DNA of 64,000 bases from contig CAVNZM010000001.1 of NCBI GenBank assembly GCA_963693365.1, positions 1,876,907 to 1,940,906 on the forward strand, given 5' to 3'. Both the position numbers and the translations under genes were made by a program. The notes below the pieces were generated by a model. The model was not told the origin of the DNA, did no database searches, and saw only the letters and a list, made by a program, of their open reading frames with translations. Origin of the DNA: Amoebidium appalachense (lineage: Eukaryota; Protista; Ichthyosporea). Within the stretch, counting starts at the first letter, position 1; each line of letters begins with the position of its first letter. Below, one piece after another: positions 27,576 through 38,755 of this stretch.

Positions 27576-28548
27576 ACTACTTAGTTTCCCACCATCATTA
27601 TTTCATATGTATATTGCCTTTGTGGGTATGCCCACTTAGGGTTTTTTTATTTTTATATGGTTTGACCTGTATTGCGATTCTACTCTATCTTTCACTGGTT
27701 TAAAACCCAGTTAGTCACACCCCGACCATAAACGTTATACAATTTCGTTGTTTTTTTTAATTTCATTTTTTTTTTCTTCGTTTCTGTTCTCAAGTGGGGA
27801 GATTTCACTAGTCCAGTGGGGATATGATAACACAAACTTCAGTGGGGATGTTGTAATACGTAGTATCTACATATTGTAAGATCTTCTCAGTTTGTGTTAT
27901 GTTTTCGTTCATTTACTTAGTGTAAAAGACGTGCTCCTTGTACGTAAATAATGACATCGATCTCCAGTGTGTTTGAATACTTGTAATCGTGCTGTGTCGG
28001 CTATATTCGTGTGTTTAAATATCGATTACAGCAACTGATTATAGGTACACGAGTCTATTCAGTGAGGGAGAAACGTGTACATATTTATGTGTACATGAAT
28101 ATCTTCGGTTGCAACTGTGTTTTCGTGTTCGTGTTTTCTGTCCTGCTTTCCTTTCTTTTTCCTCCTTCTTCTTCTTTCTTTTCTCTTTCTTTTCTCCCTT
28201 GTTTTCTTTCACATAATTTCATTTCTTTCTCACTAATATACGTTGAGTATATTTATATTACTCGTTATGTTTTGATTGGTAGAAACACTTAGGTTACACT
28301 TCAGCTTGTCATGTATGATTCATGGCTTAGTCGACCACTTTTGTTTTGTGTCTTGTCGTACTGTATCCAATCAGTAGACTTAGTCAGAAAATGTCTGAGT
28401 CTTTGTAGCCGGTGATAGGTTAGAAACATCACCTCTTTCCTCGTTACTTTTCACCTAATTACTTTCTTATAGCTGTGACCTATGGTGTGCGTTCCTGTGT
28501 CTCCGGATCTATCCAGGAAATAATCAGTTAATTGTGATTGGTTATTTT
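27576..28548 (+). mobile_element. 3' fragment of family 1 copia: 3' UTR, PPT and truncated LTR-A (LTR from 27849)
   Basis: Reverse-complement match to about 4420-5510; AGTGGGGA|TGTTGTAATACG junction at 27848/27849. Confidence 0.88.
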
Positions 28549-28927
28549 GGTTTTATTTGTGGAAATTATTGACATAAATATTTTTCTGGGTAAACACGTA
28601 GGATGGGTGTTCGATACCAACATAACCATGTAGGCTTCACTTTCGTGTTTTAGCAGTTAGCGGTTGGCTGCCCGCACACGGGCACCAATTAGCCAATCAA
28701 AACATCAGATACCACAGATCACTAGACCGAGTTATGATTGGCTCGGATCAGATTTCACATATCACTAGATCGATTTTGATTGGCTCAGATCGGTAGGCTT
28801 AGGTATATAAGCACGACAGTTTTAGCAGATCAGCAAGCTACAAACACATCTTCTGTGTTTAGCATCCACAGCCTTACAGCTATATATTCCTTTTCATTCT
28901 CCCTATCTTTCCCTACGCCGGTCAGCA

Positions 28928-29370
28928 TGCCGCCGAAAAAGCGCCAGGCCGCAGCCGCCGCCCCTGCCGCGGCACCTAAGCGCCTGACCCGCAGCGACCT
29001 CCGCCACAGGCTGACCAACGCTCCCGCGGACACTGACGCGCCTCCAGCGGCCCATACCACCACGGACCCGGACCCGCCGGCCACTCTCCCCTCCACTCCT
29101 GAAGTCCCCCCTCAGGCCCCGCCGTCCCCGCAGATGACTTCTCAAGACGCCGTCCTTGCCGCCCTCACCGCCATCAGCACCCAGATGGCTGGCGTCCTGG
29201 CTGCTCTCATCAACCGCGACGCTCCTGCGCTCCCCGCCGCGCCCTCCACACCCGGGGAGGTTTCCCCGGGGCTGCATCTCGGCCCTGACCTAGACCTACC
29301 TGCCCTGCCCGCGCCCCCCATCACAGGTGAGAACACTGGCGACATTCAGCCGGGCACACTCCCGCTTCCC
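28928..29370 (+). pseudogene. 5' part of a Pro/Ala-rich ORF (MPPKKRQ...), probably gag/ORF1 of an unclassified retroelement, cut by an LTR
   Basis: ATG at 28928, basic NLS-like N-terminus, TATATAA at 28804 and several CCAAT/ATTGG motifs upstream; ends abruptly at LTR 29371. Confidence 0.4.
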
Positions 29371-30013
29371 TGTTAAATTGTATAAGTATTTTGGGATGAA
29401 AGCAGAGACACAGTGGTGCAGTGTGAAAACACCACAGACACACACAACAACAAAACACGGAACGATCGGAGCAGTGTACACAACAGACATCAATGTTTAG
29501 ACACGACTGAACTCAATTTATTTTGATCGCTAATAAATACCTGAAATTCCCTTAAGTTAAATCCATACATGATTTCCGACCAGTCAGAAATCAGATCTAT
29601 GTCTAAAATAACCAATCACAATTAACTGATTATTTCCCGGATAGATCCGGAGGCACAGGAACGCACACCATAGGTCACAGCTATAAGAAAGAAAAGAGGT
29701 GAAGAGTAACGAGGAAAGAGGTGATGTTTCTAACCTATCATCGGCTACAAAGACTCAGACATTTTCTGACTAAGTCCACTGATTGGATATAGTACGGCAA
29801 CACACAAAACAAAAGTGTTTGACTAAGCTATGAATCATACCTGACAAGCTAAAGTGTAGCCTAAGTGTTTTTCTACCAATCAAAACATAACGAGTAATAT
29901 AAATCTACTCAACGTATATTAGTGAGAGAGAAATATAATTATGTGAAAGGAAACAAGAGAAGAAAGAAAGAGAAAAGAAAGAAGAAGAAAGAGGAAAAAG
30001 AAAAGAAAGCAGG
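29371..30013 (-). mobile_element. Truncated LTR-A (family 1)
   Basis: Begins TGTTAAATTGTATAAG and matches 4187-~4828. Confidence 0.9.
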
Positions 30014-30329
30014 TCGGGTGGTGACTATATATCAGGGTTTACTTTCTCTACGCCCCCCCACCCCCCGGTCCGTCACTGCCCTGGTTGCCAACGTCAAGGT
30101 GAACATTGATCCCAAGCTCTGGCACCATCGTCTCGGCCACCGTGCCATGTCCACCCTCACCAACTTGGATGGTGAGAGGTATGTTGAAATACACATACAC
30201 GTGTGTAGTTTCTATAGTTGCAAGCATTCGAAGTTTTTGCATACTATAGTATATATTCCGTAGAATCATATATTATTTGTTCCTCTCTCTCTCCCTCTCT
30301 CAGTGAAACACTGCTGCTTCCTTTGTATC

Positions 30330-31285
<956 letters not shown>

Positions 31286-32144
31286 GTATCCAATCATTTG
31301 CCCTTTGGGTACACGTTGTTGTTCCCTCCATTCTGATAGGTCTAGTGTACGTGTTCCTGACGTACTACATCTGCACGCCAAGAGCTGTGCACATGTCAGA
31401 CCATGGTAATCATATTGTGATCAAGTAGATTCAATGTAAGTATATTTATGTGAATAACTATATAAACATTTTCAATTTATTATTATCCATTTGTCAGTTG
31501 TTTTGCTAGGTTGTACATGATGTACATGATCGCGAAACTGACTATGGCGAGTTCATATTGATATCTGATTGGCTGTATATCATGTCTCCATGCCCATCTG
31601 TGCGCGGCTTACTGGATAAGTCAGACGTGCACTCAGAATACAGCTCAGTCGTTTCAAGTCAAAGCAAGTTCAAGTCTGCTACGGCTCCTTGGTTGTTCAT
31701 GATATAGCGTCCGCCATAAGTGCTATTCGTGGTGTTTTTACACTGCACCACTGTGTCTCTGCTTTCCTTGTCCTTGCACCAAATACTCATATAAATTTAG
31801 ACTTATCTCAACTAAAAGAAGAGAACCCATCGGTTCCTTCAGATGATAGAAAAATACATTCCAACAGAGCATACACATTCCAACTTCCGACACAACTGAA
31901 GCTTAGAAACTCTTACTTAAATAACTTACGTAAATTATACAACTTTTCACTATTTATAAACATATATATTTATACACGTCTCTATAAAGAAACTCATCTA
32001 AATACATATACTTCCTAATAGTCGACACTCTCAAAGTGACGACACATCACGATAAAAACGAATTCCAAATATATCTCATGTGTCCAATCATAACACGTAT
32101 ATTAATAGACAGGAATGCACATCACGATCTATAGATGTACTCAC

Positions 32145-33638
32145 TGTAAAATTGTGTAAGTATTTGGAACGGAAGCAGAGACACAGTGGTGCAGTGTGAA
32201 AACACCACAGACACACAACAACAAAACACGGAACGATCGGAGCAGTGTACACAACAGACATCAATGTTTAGACACAACTGAACTCAATTTATTTTGATCT
32301 CGAATAAATACCTGAAATTCCCTTAAGTCAAATCCATACATGATTTCCGACCAGTCGGAAATCAGATCTATGTCTAAACTAACCAATCACAATTAACTGA
32401 TTATTTCCTGGATAGATCCGGAGACACAGGAACGCACACCATAGGTCACAGCTATAAGAAAGAAATGAGGTGAAAAGTAACGAGGAAAGAGGTGATGTTT
32501 CTAACCTATCACCGACTACAAAGACTCAGACATTTTCTGACTAAGTCCACTGATTGGATATAGTACGACAACACACAAAACAAAAGTGGTTGACTAAGCT
32601 ATGAATCATACCTGACATGCTAAAGTGTAACCTAAGTGTTTTTCTACCAATCAAAACATAACGAGTAATATAAATCTACTCAACGTATATTAGTGAGAAA
32701 GAAATACTGGGGCATAAGCTCCGCATGCAGATAGCGGCGCGGGTGTGGATCAGAGATAACACCAGAAATAGGGGTGCCGCTTTGATGGAAAGAACTGTTG
32801 TTTGAGGGGTGTCGTTCCGTATTTGGGCTTCATAGCTTACTATATATTAGAGATAGCTTATGCTTTTTTTTGACAACAAAATAAACCGGATATATATATG
32901 TTCATGATCATGCAATCTATGACACCAAAGCATGCACGCTGCGCGCATACACTGTCATTCATATATATGCTAATGTTCAGCCCCTGAAATGCCCAAACCT
33001 TTAAATTGAAAAACACAAAAAATTTCATTTGGGGGGGGTAAGTACACAAACAAGCAAGTACTCCCTTCACTCGGCATGAAGTTGGCAAAGGAATCAAAAC
33101 GCTGCCGCGTATATCTATCCCTTTCATACGGGCCGTTTCAGTAGTCACGGGTATATGTATACTACCGTGCAGAGACCCAAACCGTTTTAGCGATCCGATT
33201 AGGTAGCTTTTTGGCCCGAAAGTCACTTTCCAAATTGGGAGCGATAACAATTTTCATTGGACAAAAGTTTCAGATCATACTATATAAGGCAGCTGCGCAT
33301 GGATCTAAAGGTCACTTTTTGGGGCTAACAAGGGTTCAGCGTGTAGAACGGCGGGCCGGGCCGGGTCCGGGCCCGCCCCGCCAATAATTATGTGAAAGGA
33401 AACAAGAGAAGAAAGAAAGAGAAAAGAAAGAAGAAGAAAGAGGAAAAAGAAAAGAGAGCAGGACAGAAAACATGAACACGAAAACACAGTTGTAACCGAA
33501 GATATTCATGTACACATAAATATGTACATATTTCTCCCTCACTGGGTAGACTCGTGTACCTATAATCAGTTGCTGTAATCGATATCTAAACACAAACTGA
33601 GAAGATCTTACAATATGTAAATACTACGTATTACAACA
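32145..33638 (-). mobile_element. Solo LTR-A with an internal deletion and a ~680-bp foreign insertion
   Basis: TGTAAAATTG...TTACAACA; TSD CTCAC (32140-32144, 33639-33643). Confidence 0.9.
32707..33384. mobile_element. Unclassified insertion at a TA site inside LTR-A
   Basis: LTR sequence stops at GAAATA and resumes at TAATTATGTG; the insert has a GC-rich GGGCCG-type right end and no convincing ORF or TIR. Confidence 0.55.
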
Positions 33639-34001
33639 CTCACTCGCGTCTATTGGTGAGTCATCCTACTTTGAACTTAAACAAAGGCAACGAACATAGC
33701 TAGCCAATCATACTACTCTCAGAAAAACAGAGGAGAGCAAAGACAGATAAAATGGGAGAAGTCCTATCAGGCAAGGGAGCCAGGTGTGCACAGATCTACA
33801 GATATCCGTGCACACAGAAACAAGGGAGAGAGGGATACGGGGGGGGGGGGGGGGGGGGGGGAGAGAGAGAAAGAGAGAGAGAAAAGAGCAAAAGGGAGAG
33901 AAGGGGGAGAGCACAAAGAATAAGAGCAGACACGAATACAAACAAGCCTAAGACACACACATACTTTAAGACTCTTGCTGTACTACGTAGTGACGTATTC
34001 C

Positions 34002-34085
<84 letters not shown>

Positions 34086-34419
34086 AACACACACACACAC
34101 ACACAGGCACACATAAACACACACACACACGCACACACACACGCACAACCATACACTCACACACACACACACACACACACCCACACACACACACACACAG
34201 TGACACCAACACACACACACACAGTCCACGCACATGTCCCACAAACGTTATCTGCAAACAGCTGGGACCCTCGCCTGGGCCATTTTTCTCAGCGTCACAC
34301 GAAATAAAATAGAACCTGGCAGGACCGGAGTTGTCACAACAGTACTTAATGTGAAGTTCCGAAGCGCTTATCTGTTCAGCGTGGTGGTGGTTTGAGGTGG
34401 TTTGAAATTTTTTTTTTTT

Positions 34420-34461
<42 letters not shown>

Positions 34462-35112
34462 AGAGGAGGAGATTTTGGAGATGACAAAGGTCTATATATA
34501 TGTGGGGGGTTTACGCTGTTTTGAGGCAAAGAGAGACCAGTCTCAGATATGGGGGTTTTTTGCTCGGAATATCCCCTCAGCGGTATATCATGATCAAGTA
34601 CATAGATGTCGGGTGATGATTATATATCAGGGTTTACTTTCTCTACGAGGCACCATAAAGGCTAAGAAAACCAATTAGTTGGGTTCCCCGATTTTTTTTT
34701 TTTCTTTTTTTTCTCGGGCTCCCCTGGGACACTCGGTATCAGCTGGTGTGTGTGTGTGTGTGTGTGTGCGTGTGTGTGCGTGTGTGTGTGCGTGTGTGTG
34801 CTAGAATTTTGTAATGATGTGTTTCTCAAGCCAATCAATACATTTAATAAACAGGTCATAGTTACGTGTGTTTAGTATAAAATCAAGGATGTTGTAATGT
34901 TCAGGTAGGCTATCTTTCTGGTTGTCTGTTGTGAATGTGTCGTGTGTGTGTTGCGGTATTATGTGGTCTATCAAACTATATTTGGCGATACATGATCGTT
35001 ATGTGTGTGTTGTTTGTGTATGCAAACGATGCCTGTTGGAAGATGGTATCGTTATCCAGTCCGATCGCATGAATCAGATCATGATCGGCTGGTGGCCTGC
35101 GAGATCTTAACC

Positions 35113-35185
35113 GATCTCGTAGCTCAGTTGGTAGAGCACTCGACCGGAGATAGAGGGGTCGCGGGTTCAAATCCCGTCGGGATCA
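35113..35185 (+). tRNA. tRNA-like gene, anticodon GGA on a tRNA-Phe-like short-variable-loop body (copy 1)
   Basis: Cloverleaf: GATCTCG/CGGGATC acceptor, GCTC/GAGC D-stem, CTCGA/TAGAG anticodon stem (1 mismatch) with loop CCGGAGA, GCGGG/CCCGT T-stem with loop TTCAAAT. A box, B box and downstream TTTTT present. Confidence 0.88.
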
Positions 35186-35482
35186 TCTTTTTCTCATCCT
35201 CTTCTCGCTGGGGTAAAAGCCAGCACGCCTTTACTGGCGTCATCACAACCATCGGCAGTGGTTAGGTTGTGATCTCAAGGCTAGCAAGATCGCTAGTCTC
35301 TGCACCAGGACAAAATCCAAAATGGTAGCATGAACAGGGGTTCAGTGGGGACTGAGGGGGCAGTCCACCCTAACCTGATTCTGCGATTCGTCCTGAGTGG
35401 GGATGTTGGAAGATGGTATCGTTATCCAGTCCGATCGCATGAATCAGATCATGATCGGCTGGTTGCCGGCGAGATCTTAACC

Positions 35483-35555
35483 GATCTCGTAGCTCAGTTG
35501 GTAGAGCACTCGACCGGAGATAGAGGGGTCGCGGGTTCAAATCCCGTCGGGATCA
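35483..35555 (+). tRNA. tRNA-like gene, anticodon GGA (copy 2)
   Basis: Identical to 35113-35185. Confidence 0.88.
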
Positions 35556-35854
35556 TCTTTTTCTCATATCCTCTTCTCGCTGGGGTAAAAGCCAGCACGC
35601 CTTTACTGGCGTCATCACAACCATCGGCAGTGGTTAGGTTGTGATCTCAAGGCTAGCAAGATCGCTAGTCTCTGCACCAGGACAAAATCCAAAATGGTAG
35701 CATGAACAGGGGTTCAGTGGGGACTGAGGGGGCAGTCCACCCTAACCTGATTCTGCGATTCGTCCTGAGTGGGGATGTTGGAAGATGGTATCGTTATCCA
35801 GTCCGATCGCATGAATCAGATCATGATCGGCTGGTGGCCTGCGAGATCTTAACC

Positions 35855-35927
35855 GATCTCGTAGCTCAGTTGGTAGAGCACTCGACCGGAGATAGAGGGG
35901 TCGCGGGTTCAAATCCCGTCGGGATCA
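35855..35927 (+). tRNA. tRNA-like gene, anticodon GGA (copy 3)
   Basis: Identical to 35113-35185. Confidence 0.88.
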
Positions 35928-36878
35928 TCTTTTTCTCATCCTCTTCTCGCTGGGGTAAAAGCCAGCACGCCTTTACTGGCGTCATCACAACCATCGGCAG
36001 TGGTTAGGTTGTGATCTCAAGGCTAGCAAGATCGCTAGTCTCTGCACCAGGACAAAATCCAAAAATGCCACCTTATACTTATTAGATCTCCACTGTATAG
36101 CATGTGTACTGTAAAAGCGTGGTAAGTGATCAATATTACCATCAGCTAGAGAAAGATCAGTTCTACAGGAAGGTAATATGTATTTAGGTGTTATACATTT
36201 GCGAGTGCTATATTTTGCAATATGGTTAAGGCGGTCATTATATATAAACCGAGACATAAGGCTTCGTTTTTCAAGGTGTCTGCTTTCATCGGGTCCAGTG
36301 TCTTGTGGTATCTTTTTCCATTTGTTATATTGTGCGTTTATTTTGTGATTATGTACATGTCTAATAAGTAAGTGGCAGTCCAAAGTCACACGCACACTTT
36401 TGTGGGGTTTATTTGTGTTTGTGCCTGGGGAAGAAGGAGAGAGGGAGGGAAGGAAAGAGGGGAGAGGTGGGGAGGGGACAGGTCGGATAGAGAAGAGAGG
36501 GTGGGAGGGCAGATAATTCTTGAAGCGGGTTATGTGCTTATTGAATTTCTGCGCGAGATGGGATACTCTAGCAGCTATTGGGACCAGACCATATATCGAG
36601 AGCGTTACCGGCCCAGGTTTACAACAGTTGTTATATAGAAAGGAGGCAACTTCTACTTCAGGGAAATTTGTAAAGGGTTTAAGCGCTCTAGTTCTCTCTT
36701 TCTTGATCCAAGCGGCGAGAAGGGGTAAATCATATTCACATGCCGGGAAGACAAAAGTGCGAATAAATGTAAATCTAATAGAAGGATGGAGGGGTCTGTC
36801 AATAAAAATATCAGCCGAGAAGAAAGCTAACCGCTCTACGAGCCAGCTCTACTCTCTTTTCAAATATATATATATATT

Positions 36879-36990
<112 letters not shown>

Positions 36991-37775
36991 TTTGTGTGCA
37001 GGGGTGGTGTCAAGGTGTTTTTTTTTTTGTTTTTTTTTGGGGGGGGGGGGGGGGGGGGGGGGGGGAGTCCAATGCATGGGTATCCAAGGGTGTGTCACAG
37101 CCAATGAACAAGAAAAAAGCATACATGTGGGACCTCCCAAACCCCCGTCTCTCTAGATTATACTGAATAGAGATCTATGGATAGGAGAGGTATGGTCAAC
37201 CCCCCCCCCCCCCCCCCCCCCCCCAGGCCCTGGGGGGGGAGGGGATCCGGACCCACCTGTCCAAGGGGGCCCCGGGGTGGGTCCTCCCCCCCCCAAACTA
37301 GCTACTACAGTCACACACGCACGCACACTCATACACAAAAGGCTAAAAAAAACACGCACACCCCAATAAATTGGCCGCCGCACACCCTATATTAAAACAA
37401 TACTATGAAAGAAGTAGGAATATAGCTATGGGCCGTGGCCGCCGCAGTTACGGTGGTTGAGCGTGCCACTTAGCAAACCCTGATTGGTGACATAAAATTT
37501 GGACCGTTCAGCGTTGGCTGCGTTGGCAACGTTGCTATGCATTTTTTACAATCATTGGACGAGGGAGCGCGGACAAATTCCCCCACAACCTCAGGCTTGT
37601 GGCACGTGACAACCTCAGCCTACTGTACATGGTCTGGCGCGATTACACACTTGAAAAACTTTTTTTTTTCTTTTTATGAAAAACTTTTCTCCCGACAGCG
37701 ATGACCGAGTAGATAGCCGAGATATATAATGATCATGATGAGGTGGCACTTACATGGGCTATAAAACATCTTAAG

Positions 37776-37810
<35 letters not shown>

Positions 37811-38203
37811 TTGCCTCGCGCATACCGCGTTACACCTCCATTGGACCGATCAAAAAAAAAAATAAACCTACCACACTTGGATTTTGCATTTCTAACTTAG
37901 GGTTCTTTTTGTCATATTGCTTGAAAAGGTTTGTTTTGGCGTTGTAACCTTTGTTTTCATACGTGTTTGTTCCACTTTTGTGCAGAACCTTTTTCTCTTA
38001 GACTATAATTACACGGATATCGATAGTTGTGTTTATTTATCTCAGATTATTACCATTAGACGTTAAACAAAGACTGGCTTATTTAGATAACCCTGATATT
38101 ACATATATTTACTATCTATTAAATCACCGCATGTTTGATGAGTTTTTAGGGTAATATCTCGATTGCCTCTATTTTTAAGAGCATATCAATAGAACAAGTC
38201 ATC

Positions 38204-38260
<57 letters not shown>

Positions 38261-38755
38261 ATGTGTGTGTGTGTAGCAATTGAATTGGCGGTGAGTTGTG
38301 GGGGAGGCTGGCTGGGCTCGCCAGGGTTGGGAATATTACTCGTACTTGCGGGAAATTCCAGAAACCCCCAAAACCTTTCCGGTCATTTTAGGCAGATTGC
38401 TGCCCTTTTTTATCGTGTTGTGGTGTATGTTCCTCATATTTCTGAGTCTTTTGCAACCCAAAAAACAAAGAGGAACCTCCGATTTGTGTTATATATCATG
38501 GGGTTTACACACTTTTTATTGCGTGGACATTGCCGGAGGCCCAGCCACATTCGACGGCCTACTGCGTTTTCCAGCACAGCCAATCAAATGCAGCCAGTGA
38601 CATATGTACATGCTAGGCAACAATGAGCGCCATCGTAGTTATATATCATGACGAGCAAGACCACTAAAGCGTAGTCAAGTAGTACAACAACGGGAGAGCA
38701 CTCTCCTGTGTATATGGCAAATCGCTGACGCCGTCGGTGGGTCCGAGAAAGCACG

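Larger units (their letters stand above)
31797..34005 (-). mobile_element. Diverged partial LTR-C, interrupted by solo LTR-A
   Basis: 31797-32144 and 33639-34005 align to ~30500-31285; ends GTGACGTATTCCAACA. Confidence 0.8.
35034..36064 (+). mobile_element. Tandem-array TRIM (3 LTRs, 2 internal domains) with a tRNA-like gene in each LTR
   Basis: LTRs 35034-35322, 35404-35694, 35776-36064 (TGTTGGA...TCCAAAA). 81-bp internal domains start TGGTAGCATGAACAGG (PBS) and end GAGTGGGGA (PPT). TSD ATGCC at 35029-35033 and 36065-36069; the empty site with a single ATGCC is visible at ~46344. Confidence 0.93.
34505..36858 (-). mobile_element. 5'-truncated, degenerate non-LTR (LINE-like) element, copy 1, interrupted by the TRIM array
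   Basis: Colinear with 45775-47139 apart from the 35034-36064 insertion; ORF remnant 35985-36395 matches the 46105-47298 ORF. Confidence 0.88.

Noticed and set aside
35034-36064. Ordinary tandem tRNA gene cluster or tRNA-derived SINE
   Set aside because: The repeat has three LTR units but only two spacers, each with PBS and PPT. The tRNA starts 79 bp inside the unit, there is no tail, and a 5-bp TSD bounds the array.
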